From contig NC_092671.1 in NCBI RefSeq assembly GCF_964355755.1, positions 33,242,304-33,306,303 of the forward strand: a DNA stretch of 64,000 nt, in the 5' to 3' direction. This document shows positions 12,430 through 24,995 of this stretch, in pieces. The notes under the pieces are model-generated. The model made no database searches, was not told the origin of the DNA, and worked only from the letters and a program-made list of their open reading frames with translations. A program made the position numbers and the translations under genes. Source of the DNA: Antedon mediterranea. Taxonomy: Eukaryota > Animalia > Echinodermata. Every line of letters begins with the position of its first letter. Position 1 is the stretch's first letter.

Positions 12430-12543
12430 CCATTATTGAAATGCTTATCATCTTACATGATTAATAACATTTTAAAGTATAGTTCATTTGAGGGAGGCGC
12501 TTATTTGATGGATACGTTTAATTTTTTAGTTTAAATAATATGG
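12430..12543. mobile_element. pogo/Tc1-like MITE (copy 2, internally deleted relative to 1405-1596)
   Basis: ta|CCATTATT...AATAATATGG|ta, with internal blocks similar to 1405-1596. Confidence 0.55.
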
Positions 12544-13029
12544 TAACACATTGAGATAGATGAGGAAGGTATCCAAGGCGGAGATTTGTCCCAAAGTTTG
12601 TCCATTAACTCGCCTATGTCAATTTAGAATTTACCATAAATTATAGATTTAAATGTATCGACAGGTCCGGGAAATACAAGACACTCTGTCTATAAAAAAA
12701 ATTAGAAATAAACAAAATAGGGAATATAATATTTAAAATAAAAGTACAATTTTATATCCAACCGAACACATTCAATCCAATATAATTTAAGTATGTTATT
12801 TATAATAATAAAAAGTCTAACTGTATGCTGTTTTGTCCCACTATTCGTAGAATCTATGGGACTCCTAAAACAGTATTGGGATTAGTTTACGTACTTAGGC
12901 CATATTTTAACTTCGAATCTAAGAGGCGAGGCAGATATAAAACGCCAATATAGATCCCAATGTATTAGAGGTAATGTTTTATGTAGGAAATTTTCATACT
13001 GCTCTAAATCAATCAATTTTTTTTTTTTC

Positions 13030-13442
13030 AGATCATATTGTATTAACATGTACTGTTCTCCTTTATGGTCTAATCATTTTTTAAAAGATATCAACCGACT
13101 TAAAGTTTGTTATAATGATGCTTTCCGGAGGTTGTTGGGATAACCCAGATTTGTTAGTGCGAGGATTTGTTTGTGGAAAACAATATTCCATCATTTTATG
13201 AATATTTGAGGATTTCGACTTACCGATTTCTTACAAGAATAATGAAAAGCGAAAACAGAATGTTAATTTGTATATATAAATATTTGTTGATGGATTCAAA
13301 CATGTACTACAAATGGAGAGAGGCATTATATACCGATAGATAAAAGTTTTGGTCCTCTCTCCTTCATCTTTTTTTTGTAATGTATTATACCATATTATAT
13401 GGACAATAAATAAAAGTTGAATTGAATTGAAATTGAATTGAA
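13030..13442 (+). mobile_element. 3' end of a CR1/L2-group LINE
   Basis: Reads RSYCINMYCSPLWSNH...RLKVCYNDAFRRLLG*PRFVSA...NNIPSF, a typical LINE ORF2 C-terminus; ends in AATAAA + (TTGAA)n tail. Confidence 0.65.
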
Positions 13443-13884
13443 TAGCCGAATGGTTTAGCGGCAATTAAAAGGTCCTCATCTCTCAAGAGGCAGCGTTTAA
13501 TCATACGATGTAGTAGTAGTAACACATTACGGGTTAGTGCTATTATAATTATAGATTTAGTATATTTGGAATAATTTAGAATTCTCGTTCACTTTGATTA
13601 TATTACAAAACAAACATTGTGTGGTACCGTATAGTTAATTTATTTTGCTATCGAACTTGTTGTTAATGGTTTAAAATAATACATAGATTTTAATAAAACA
13701 AACATTGTATGATTTAGGATGATAAATAGGTTAATAAAACAGACTAATTGGTTCAACCATTGACTAGACCTGCAGAGCACACAACTAAAGGTTGATCAGA
13801 TTTGATTTAAATTTATTTGGAAAATCATTATAAACAAGAAATAGTTCTTGCAAAAAACGTCTCTCGACTTTTTTTTAACAGTTT

Positions 13885-16070
13885 TAATTATTATTCTTTC
13901 TTACTTAAATTATGCTTTTTTTTAATTGAAATTCTATTTAATAATTTAAGAAATAATGTTTTTTATAATTGTTTTAAACAATCAGTAGTAAACATTTTGT
14001 GTACGATAAATATAGCCTGAAATGCTCTATTTAATTTTAAAGTACGGCCTATCCGACATTAAACTATTAACATGGATTGGATTTCTGCATATGATTTAGC
14101 TATCAATAAATTAATCAGTCAATCAAATAATCGTGGCCTACTCTGTACAGAACCAAAATAATTATAAACTAAACTGTATTTTGCAGAGGATAGGGGCATT
14201 AATCCTAATGTCGTAGAGACCCCATACTCCAACATTCAAGTAAATTAAATTTCTGATTTCCCACGACGAACCTCCGCAGTACAACCGCAGACAAACGTAC
14301 TCACTAATCAAACAATATTCGTCATCAATACACACTATTTGCCAACAATATTTACCATAAAGGAATGATTGTTTTGACAATAATTAATCAATGATAAATT
14401 GCGTTGAAAAACGACAACATTGTTTATCTATCTTCTCCCAGACGTGCTTTAGGATTTGAGCATGTTCAGTTCAAGTTTCCAAATACCCATTTTTGCAGCC
14501 TTAGTAAACTAAGCTTCCGCGTGATACAGTGTTTACTAATGCTTCCGTCCTCTTGAATCTGCCTAAGGGTGCGGAGAGAAAATATACGAAGTAACTACTG
14601 ACATTACAGATAAATTACATATTTTACAGGAGATCCCAACAAGCATATTCGCTTATCCATTCTGCTATACTCACATACATAGTTTCTTCAAAATTCGTAA
14701 TTTACCTAATGAATTTAATTTACCTAACCTCTTTTATAATCTAAAATAAGGGATGGGTGGGGTTGTTGCAATTTATGTATGAGCTTTAACAAAGTAGGTG
14801 GAGCTTAGCGTGAAATTCCGTCGTCTTAACTTTTTGAGGACGATAAAGTTGCCATGTTTTTGTTTATGGAGAACGACTAAATAATAAATGCATATATATT
14901 ATATAACCTTCTTAGCGCAAGGTGCGTAACTAATAAAACGGCTATGTTGACTGTATATGATTTTAAGATGAACACAGGATATTCGTCGTCCTCGCCTAAC
15001 CGTCGTGTTTCGTAATGTCCCTATTATCCACGTGTGTGTACTGTAGAGAGAGACACACACAATGTGTTTTCTATGGAATTTCAGAATTAAAAATATCAAG
15101 ATGAAATGCGTATACTAGTTAAAATCACTACAGAATTACCAAGTAGGTTTAGCTCTTAGGGACCATAGAATGTGTTTATAATAAAACCGAATAAGACCTA
15201 TTATTTTTTAATTGTTCATTTTTTTTATCAAACTGTACATAGAGCATCACATTTTACATCCAAAAAGCGACAACATTATTAGCAGAGACGTCTAAATAAT
15301 TGTCTAGCCTACTTGCTCTAGAAATCATCTTAATTGTTTTTCGTTTAATAGTTGAATAATCAATAGGCTCTAACCGGCAATGCGCGACTTACTAATGCAC
15401 TTACCTAATTTCCCCTAATGTTTTTCTGAGTATTAGTAATGAACGCTGAATTGTTGTTATTTATTTCCGTTTTACCAAAAGAAGCCGGCGATTGAGAATT
15501 ATGGCGACAAAGCAATCGAAGAATAATGGCACACAGACAAAACAATATGAAACAAACGTACGGCAAATAAGTCGAATAATCACTACAGTCGAAGAAGGCG
15601 AGAAATATGTAGGCCTACCCGGATCCGATCAAATCAAATCACGGATCCGGTCAAATCACCTCCTGAACGGAGGTCATATGGCAAAATCATTTACTGTAAA
15701 ATTATCTAACGTAAATTGTAATTTGTGTTCTTTCTTCATTAAATGTTTTTTCTATTGATATTATATTTAATAATTTAAGAAATAATGATTTATTATTTGT
15801 TTTTTTGTTGTTCAGTGGTAAATATTTTGTGTAACGTAAATATAGTCTGGAACTTATATTTAATGTTAAAGCATAGATATTAAATACATAAATGTTTTGA
15901 GCATGTGTAATATGAGCGAATTTTGTTTTCCTGATTTAGCTAATCAATCAATTAATCAATCAATCAATTAAATAATCAATTGTATTTCAGAAAAAAGTCC
16001 GTGGCCGGCCTACTTTACAGAAATAAATATATAATCCTATAACTAAATTGTACTATGCATATTAGGGCCG
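13885..16070. repeat. Diverged direct duplication (~13885-14200 and ~15720-16070)
   Basis: Collinear shared blocks: tatttaataatttaagaaataatg, cagt(a/g)gtaaa(c/t)attttgtgta, aaatatag(c/t)ctg, gatttagcta, cgtggcc(ggcc)tact, aactaaa(c/t)tgta. Confidence 0.65.
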
Positions 16071-16259
16071 TTACTCAATGTAAATATCGTATATTGTCTA
16101 TACGAAGTGGATGCGTCATTCACAAATCATTATTAGGGACTTTTAGATGTTTACGTCGACTATGTCGACTGCTATCCTATTACGTTATGATATGTTATGA
16201 TATGCACATGCGCTAGGCGACTGGTACCGTACGTCGGCATTCTTCTTCATTACTCTATA

Positions 16260-16800
16260 GTTTTGTTTGGTTCTTTATTTCCATTCACAAAAACATACAT
16301 AAATAATCATTACAAAACAAATGAAAATGGAAAGGAAGAATCTCTGAAGCACAGCTTTTAATGCACAAGGTCATAGGCAAACAAAATGTTTAAGAATGCA
16401 AACAATCTTTTTTGTCTTTAGTTTTCTCAGAGAGTAAAATGTAATTGTCAGAAATACCTGTATTAATCCAGAGTATTGCAAAAGTAATTTATTTTTGTGT
16501 TTCATTTCAAAAGTTATAGGATTCTTATGTAACTTAAGAGTCTCGGGTATTTCACGCCAACGTGTAGCTCTTTACTTAATGATTTTTTAGTGGTTCTTTT
16601 AAATTGTGGGTAGAAATGGTGTTTTTGTCGATGGACAACTGAGCATCAAATGAATTTATTTTGAACATGAACAATCGCTGGTAGTAAATTATGAAAAGCT
16701 TTATGCATTACAGAAATTGTATATAGTTTTATTTAATTATAAACTACTACTATTCCACACTTAGCACGAATCCTTTAAGTTTAATGTTTAGTTTAGATCT
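16260..16800 (-). mobile_element. Degraded LINE 3' fragment (CR1/L2 group)
   Basis: The minus strand reads MHKAFHNLLPAIV...HHFYPQFKRTTKK...EIPETLK, resembling LINE ORF2 C-termini; heavily decayed. Confidence 0.4.
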
Positions 16801-16990
16801 TCTTTGATGTATTTTATTTCTCAGTTGATTGTAATCCAACCTTTTCAGCTCTTGCTGCTGGTTGGAATTTGATGTTTTTATACCTTAATAAATAAATAAA
16901 TAAATAAATAAATAAAAAAGATCAAGTCAGCCGTTAATCAGAAATACTATATAAGGCTGACTGGTAGTCATCAATGTACGTCGGTACTAA

Positions 16991-19166
16991 TATAACATAT
17001 AATATATACTTGATATTTTATGTTATGTTCCGGACTCCAATAATAATGAAAATACACACTTCAAATATGTATAGTGGTTTTAGATGTTTTATTCTCACTC
17101 CTTTTATATCTACACATGTGCTCCGTCCTATTTATCTTCTTTCTCTGCCGCCCTCTATCGGACGTTATGTCTTGTATATTTGGAGGGTTACATTATTCCC
17201 CCTCTCACTGAGAAGTGTCCCACTTCTTCAAATTATAGAATAATTACAGTATTATTCGGAACATTAAATTAGTATTTAGAAATCCATATTATGAATAGTT
17301 TGATATAGGTTATTGTAGCAATTGTATATTAATTAACATCAAGTGGACATCTGTGTCAAAGGATTGGTAATTGGTAAACGTGTTTGGTAGGTTTGGTGAT
17401 TGGTAACTTGCTAACTTTATTGGTAGGTGTGGTGATTGGTAAATTGGTAGGTTACTTGGTAACATCTGATTGGTCTCAATCTAAAATAAAAGTCTCTCCG
17501 CCAATTCTACATTCTCCACAAAAAAAAAAAATCTATCACTCTCTGCAACAATAAAATAAAACTCCAATCATATAATATACGAAAACCGTACATCAGCACC
17601 TCTACCTGCAACATATGAACTGCATACGAAACAAAACATTCATTCAAACTCATTCTCTGTCTAAATAACATACGAACAGCGTACCTTATAAACTGACAAT
17701 CAATAAAACATACACATACATACTGTATGAACAGCATACAGTACAGGCCATCTTCAAACATAATCAATAAAAACACAATAAACAATCTCAAAATATTCTG
17801 GAATAATCAGGCTGATGAAAACATATTTTGACTGTAAATGTAGATCGATGACTGAACAGGAACAGGAGGAGGCCCCCAACCACTAACTAAAAACCTGGAT
17901 AAAACAAATCTATTCTACTTTAACAAACACTTGTGCAAAAAAAAATTACGCGCGCGCACGGCAAAATCATACCCTCTGCGTATATCTTGTCCTTATCTGC
18001 ATCCGCGCAAAAAAATGAATAAAGAAATAAACAAATAAAACTTTAGAGTAACCGTTACTCTAAAAAACGTTTCGGTAATCTAACAACTCTACCACATCTT
18101 GTGGTTTCAGGAACAGAGCGATGCATTTGTTTGGTATCCTGTTGAATATGAGGTAAATTCTCTTCTTTTGATGTAGCCATTGCTAACAATTAAAAATGCA
18201 ACGTGTGTCCATGTACAGTATAAATGAACAGGATCTTAGACACGTGGTTATGGCTGGGCAAGTACAAACACGTCAATCGTTTTAATCTTACACAGTACTC
18301 GAATAATTAATGTCTGTATGTAACTGCAGTAACAAGATGATCGAAGTATGAATGAAATCATATACTGTACCGTTAATTGTAGACAATCGGAAATAAATAA
18401 AATGAAATTCTGACAAGCTGAGTATACTATCCGTACGGCGTATCGGAACGGCTTCACAGACAGCGAACGTACGGCGTAGTCCGTGCTGTGTTGTGTGGCG
18501 TGAATGTTTGGAGTCAGGCTACAGCGATTCGATGTAGTCTTGCCGATGTAAATTACAAGAAAACTGGTCACGACACCAATATAACATATAATATATACTT
18601 GATATTTTATGTTATGTTCCGGACTCCAATAATAATGAAAATACACACTTCAAATATGTATAGTGGTTTTAGATGTTTTATTCTCACTCCTTTTATATCT
18701 ACACATGTGCTCCGTCCGCGTGTTTTTTTTTTCCAGGACGAACGTGGGCAGAAGTCATGAATAATTCATTACCTTAATTATTTTCTATTATAAAGAATTG
18801 AAAGATAGCTGATCTGCTTCCTAAATATACTAAACCTAACCCTCTAAATAATCTCTCTCAACTATTAAAAAAAACATGTTCATGAAAGACCTCGAACCGA
18901 GGGCTTCAGCGAAATAGGTTAAAGCCTTTACCACTAGACCAAACATTTCGGTTGGCAAACGTTGTTTACACTAATTATTTAATCTCTCTGCATTCTTATA
19001 TAGCGCCCTCTATAATGTTCCCTATTATGTCATAATTAATCATGAATTATTCATGATTTCTGCCCACGTTCGTCCTGGAAAAAAAAATTACGCGCTCCGT
19101 CCTATTTATCTTCTTTCTCTGCCGCCCTCTATCGGACGTTATGTCTTGTATATTTGGAGGGTTACA
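16991..19166 (-). mobile_element. Non-autonomous LTR retrotransposon (TRIM/LARD-like), no coding capacity
   Basis: Two 202-bp LTRs (16991-17192; 18580-19166 after removing the nested MITE and one TSD copy), termini TGTAAC...GTTATA, 4-bp TSD CTAA (16987-16990, 19167-19170). PBS TGGTGTCGTGACCAG (18578-18564, tRNA-His-like) and PPT GAGAGGGGGAA (17206-17196). The LTR contains GATATAAAAG and AATAAA. Confidence 0.92.
18718..19093. mobile_element. Mutator (MULE)-type MITE nested in the 5' LTR
   Basis: ~50-bp TIRs (GCGTG-Tn-CCAGGACGAACGTGGGCAGAA..) and 9-bp TSD GCTCCGTCC (18709-18717, 19094-19102); the empty site is visible in the other LTR. Confidence 0.9.
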
Positions 19167-21299
19167 CTAATGGCACCATGGCTCTCCAGTGTAGAATGTT
19201 CTGCCACTTCTACGTAATTTGCTAAGCTTCATTCCTAGTTTTTATCACTCTGTCTTCTTCTTGCTCTCATACTCTTACTTTTCATGAGATCACACAATTG
19301 TCTTTGTTTACAGCTATTCAAATGACCCATAGAAGACTGACTGCAAGCAAGTCTGATAATCAGTTTTTATGAATCTTTTCGCTTCCTTCTTTAGGAGCAA
19401 GAACCAGTCTGGTACAATACATGACGCTTTTAGCCCATCATTCAGGTCTTAATATACAATTATGTACAATGTTTCAATCCGATTACCCAGCAGTTAGTCA
19501 GAAAGAAACTGTTTAGTTAAACAACGGACAAGCAAACAAACTTGAAAAAAACCAAAATAACTTTATTTATATGAAAGGTTTGTACCACCCGTCCTCAAAA
19601 ATAATTAATTTCCTACTACAATTTCCAAATCATAGTATATCACCATGAATTTCAGGTTTAATTTGATGCATATTATTCCAATATTGTTTTCCAGTCACAT
19701 TAATTACAACATTGATACTTTTGTGCTTAGCATTGGTTGTCGAAAGCAAGATCACTACCAGTGTCTTAATTACTTTCATGTTGCAATCTGGGATAGGGCT
19801 CGTACGATCTTCTCATCCGCAGTCGTATTGTTACTGAAGGCCTATAGATAGGCCTATATAATCAAGTTATACACAGAATAGATTCTTCTTCATAAAACGT
19901 CATGTGTGTGTATTTGAAAACTTTTGTGAAACAAAAGTCAAATTTATTTACATTTCAATGTAATGAAACGTCAAAATACTAGTGATTGCAATATCCTTTA
20001 TTGGTATAGATTTTGAACAATGATTGATTGAAAGTTAAATGTTCATCGGTTCAATGTTTGTTTTTTGACAAGTGTTCAAATTGGTAGATTCACGTCGTCC
20101 CCAATCAGTACTTGATAGAATGTTGCAAACAAGTCAATTTTTTTAGGCCCACTACATCAGGACTAGTTTCACTAGAAGTCTAAGAGTTCCGACCTAGTAT
20201 ATTACACGTCGGTGGTATGTACCACTTTAATTCAAATACATGTACACTTAAAAGTAGCATTAATCTAAATGCCAAGTTTTCTCAATTTTAAATCATTCAG
20301 TTCACATTCTACAGAGTCTTCGGCTCTGATCAAGGTCGCCATGTTAAAATAATGACCAGTGGCAAGTTGAATCCACTCGCGTACTTCTAGCGGGTACTCT
20401 GGCAAGTAAATAAAGCGAACTTTTTGTTGTATAACTATTGATTCTTGGGTGAATGCTAAGTTGGAAGAACACGCCTAAGCCACCGTACCAGTAACCACAT
20501 CGCGTATTTTATATAATAGGTGAAACAATCGTTTTTGCTGGCATGCATATAAAGTGTCCGATAACTGTCTATTTAGTAAATGAATAGAACCCGCACTGTC
20601 TTCTCAGCCGTGGTCATATAGTTACAATAAATAAGTTATAATAAATATAATTAATCAGGTTATAACAGACTAGAGTAGTACGTAAGGCCAGCAAGACTCA
20701 TTGTATAATTTCATAATTAAATTAATTGTTTTAGTTACCTGTTGTGTTTGTAATTAATATATTCATATTCTTTAAAGGTGTTTTTTTATTAATTTAATTA
20801 TTAATTTTTGGCGGAAGTTTTCTTGATCGACCTATAGTATGTTTTTGCAGTGGTCAGTTTAGGGCTTAAGTAATATGTCCTTATTTCCGACAGTTTTTGA
20901 TTGACCACGGAGAATCCATGGTTTTTACTTATAGCGTGGTCTAACAAGGAGTTTTTCTTTTTGTTTGTTAATTATTCTGTTCTTTTTCCTACGTGACTGT
21001 TCCGGTGTTTGTAGTTGTCAAATTTGTTTACCACCGTTTGTGTGAAGGATAAATAGGTGCGGTCGCAGGACTATTTTAAGGGAGTTGCCCAAAAGTCAGG
21101 TAGACACCGAGTATTTTGCGTCACATGTCATCCACTATAAACTGTACAATACTCCAGAAAAGAAAATATGATCGAAATTTGCAGAAAGAAGCAATTAAAC
21201 ACCGTTATTTCAAAGTTTGGAACGTCCGTAATTACTATGGAAATTAGGCCAATATTATGGACGTAATAATTGATATTAATTATTATAAAAACAACAATT

Positions 21300-23945
21300 T
21301 ATAATTCAGTTATATGCGATTACAAATAATAACATTTTCACATAAACATCTATTTACATCGTTCCTGTATTCAATAATATATAAAATGTTAATTTTCCTT
21401 TTGAAATTATACAAGTTATTACTCATTCTAATTTCGTTACTAATATTGTTCCATATTCTTGGCTCTTCATAAGATATTCCCCTTTGTCCCATGTTTGTGT
21501 TCTTTTTTGGTGATTTACAAATTATTTTTGTTTCTCAATACATTTTTTATATAGGTCATAAACGGTAAGGGAGGTAGTTTTAATAAATAGTTGTAGAAAT
21601 GGATGGTAGTAGTTTGTTCAATATAATTCTTAAAGTCTTTTTTTTAAGTACATGGATACGTTTCATGTTTTTGGCATCAAACTATTATACAATATGATAT
21701 ATTTGGTAAGATCAGTGAGTTGTATATACAGTAGTTAATAAGACTTGATAGGGAAGGATTTTTAGTTTATTTAGGGAACCAATCAGAATAGAAATTTTGG
21801 TGGCTATGTCATTTACATGATACGAGAACGTCAGGAACTGGTCCAGTTCGATACCATGAAATCGTATGCTTTCTACAGGTTCTAGTACATCATCGTTTAT
21901 TTTGAGATTGTCTGATCGTATACTACCCTCTCATAGATCTTAGATAGACATGGTAAGATAGATATCGGTTTGTAATGTTAACCCCATCTTTATTAACCTT
22001 TTTATACACAGGCACAGTTTTTGCTATTTTTAATTGATCTGGAAATATACCACTCTCAAGTGATTTGTTAACAATATGAGCAATTGGTTTTGAAAGTAAG
22101 TCATAATTACTTACAATATAATTATTTTATCATTATATAATCATGACCACATGACTTATTCTTATCTAATTTACTTATATATTTCATAATAATCGTGTTT
22201 AGTGACAGCCGTGAAGAACATCGAGCTTAACGTATTTGTTTTCATGTACATTCTGTGGCTGTTCTGACTACTTCCAATATTTCTTGCCATTTCATAACCA
22301 TATTAACAAAGTATGTATTGAAAGCATTTGCTATGTCAGTAGACGTGCTATATGTTTGAGTGTACATCTTAATATGATTTGGAATATTAATTTTTCTCTT
22401 TCTACATAATATTTTATTTATTACTTTCCAAATATTTTTTACATTATTACCGTTTCTTTTAATTTCATTGTCATAATATTCTATTTTCCTATTTCTAATA
22501 TTTGTTGTTAGACAGTTTTGAAATCGGTTGTATTTTAATTTATTATTGTTTGTTGGCTTCGTTTTGTATCTTTTATACAATTTTTGTTTTGTTATTATAG
22601 ATTTTTGTATACCATTAGTCATCCACGGTGATCTTAACTTATCTGTTTTTATTCTAACTTGTTTATGTGGGAAACGCCTGTCTATTGTAGCAGTTAATTT
22701 ATTTGCAAATGAATGGTATGCCTCATTAGCATTTGAATAGGTCAGGGTATCTTCCCATTGCTCATTCGGGAGTTCTGTTCTAAAAGGTTGTGAACACTAT
22801 ATTGTCTTTTGTCGTTTAAAAATATATTTTTGTTTTTCTGTTTTTTTAAATATTTCTGTCTTGTTTATACAAAATACTGGAAAGTGATCTGATAAGTCTG
22901 ATATTAAAATGCTGGATTTTATTGATTGGGTGGATATAGAGTTAGTAAACATGTTGTCTAGTATTGTAGCTGATTGGTTAGTGATACTTGTTGGTTTGTT
23001 TATGTGCGGAATGAATGAGTTGGATAGTAGGCTGTCAACATGTATTCTGACATTGATGTTTGTTTCATATGAGTTTAGATCCCCCATTAGGTAAGTTTCT
23101 TTCCCTTCATTTGTAAGTTTATGTTAGATTTCATAGATTTGTGTGTTACACAGTTTTAAAGTAGTTTCTACATTGTTTTATCTATAAATGACCCCACATA
23201 TAATAGACATGGTGACTGTGTAGACTTCGACAAAGACACATTCAGCACCAGTAAGTAATTGATTTTTCAGATAGCCAGGTTTCAGTCAATCCTATTATTG
23301 TATTATTGTATTCAGAGTTAATATATAATTGGTAATGTGATCAAATTTATTTACCAAACTACGGCAATTCAGTGAAAACAATGATAGGTTTACATGGCTT
23401 GGGTTTGTGTTTTTATTTGCTGTTCTGAATTGTTTAATGTCGTAGTACTTATTATCTAGAGTAATAATACAATCTTGCAGTTCATCTTCTTTATCAAAAG
23501 TTCAAAATATAAATTAATAATTGAATAGATAAATTATTTAATGTTGGTAATGATAATAAACTAAAAGAGTGAAGCACGTACAATTGTACGATATGTAATA
23601 ATAGTAATAAATAATAATAGTTTCTGCTTATAAAATACATCTATAAATGTGCAGTATACAATTAATTGTGTCTGATATTTTTTTTCAGCTCGTCAGCTAG
23701 TGATGTGTCTGGTGTGTCCGTTTGAGTTTCCCGCTGGCCTAAGTTTCCAGGGGTAACGGCTTCACTTAACTGGACGATTTTTTGTTCCTTTTTTTTAGAC
23801 ATCATTTAAAGTTTCAAGGTAAGTTGCTTTTCTTATATTAACTTCAAACTGTACAAGATTACTTAGTTTGAAAGCAAAAATACTGACTTTTTAGGTGAGT
23901 TCTATAAGAGCGAAATCAGGATTGTCTACTGTTGTTCGCGCATGC
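21300..23945 (-). mobile_element. Old CR1/L2-group LINE: APE endonuclease + partial RT, internally deleted
   Basis: ORF 22797..23087 MGDLN...FIPHINKPT.IT..SATILDNMFTN...ISDLSDHFPVF (APE endonuclease); 22242..22622 (PW)MTNGIQKSI...WKVINKIL...IANAFNTYF; C-terminal YNSLILPNISYC and RIWNNIS (21310..21492). Many stops and frameshifts; possible 5'UTR/ORF1 remnant at 23680-23945. Confidence 0.85.
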
Positions 23946-24995
23946 TCACATCACGTAAAGGAAATGAAGATAAATAGGGTACTATGGAAATACTTAAAAA
24001 ATATGCAATAATTATGGACAGATCAACGACCCATATGACGGGGTGTTCCACGAAGAGTGTGTGATGGCCTTTCGTACCTTCTCATGAGGCACACAAGTAA
24101 TCCAAACAGAAATTCATTCAGAAACATAATAAATATAAACAAAAATGTGCACGGTATTGTTGACTGCTGGTTAATTTTACGCTGCATTCTGTCAATTTAC
24201 ATATAGGCCTATTTCTTCAAACCCCGGACTTATAACGTTATTATACGATGACATGCGATCTACATTTTAATTTAGTGGCAGAAAAAACATTTAGTATGAA
24301 GATAAGAGTGTTACCCGAAAAACACCCTGATAAATGTATTCAATCTATTGGGGTGTTAGTCTCTGGGTATTGAGTTTGGGAGGCCATTATTCATTTGTAA
24401 GAACCAACCTGCTTCTTTTTAAAGTGGGGGTATTGACTATTTCTTATCCGGTCTTTTGTAAGTTTTGTCTTTGAAATTCAAACTGCCAAGAATATTATTC
24501 ATTATAACAATATTACTGTTTGTCGTTGGACTATAATTCACCTCTACACTCTCTCTAATTTTGATTATTTAAGTATGTTTGCCGTACATCGTAGATTTTC
24601 CCGTTCTTGTTCGAAGTTTTCTGCTATGTAAGTACTGTTGGTCTCGATAACGTCTTAAAGTACTTTTTAAGGTCAATTCTAGTCAAGTGATAGGGTTTTT
24701 GTACAATTAAGTTCAGGGGGGTTTTGTATTTATTATTTATTTTATCTATAGGATTGTGTGTGTTTGGTTTTTGCAGGTTTTTTGACAAGTTTACTTTTCT
24801 CTCCCTAGCTCCGTTACCAAGTGTATAATAGAGATCGTCTGTATCAAGACATTTTTGGGCCAGTGGTTTTTGTTTAATGCCATATTTTCTTCTTAATGTA
24901 AGTTTTTCTTTTCTTATTTTTTAGTATTTGTATTTTTAGTAGTTTCTCGTTGTAGTAGTAGCTTCTAACTTTTCCGTTCAATTTTTTCCGTACAG

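Noticed and set aside
13442-13505. tRNA-like start tagccgaatggtttagcgg
   Set aside because: No convincing B box or cloverleaf; at most a decayed SINE head, not a tRNA gene.
18060-18112. Possible hammerhead ribozyme inside the LTR element (retrozyme idea): minus strand ctgaaaccacaagatgtggtag...taccgaaacgtt
   Set aside because: GAAAC-GUU and a ggta/tacc stem are present, but the CUGANGA box is not intact (CUGAAAC) and the motif is outside the LTRs; unsupported without a family alignment.
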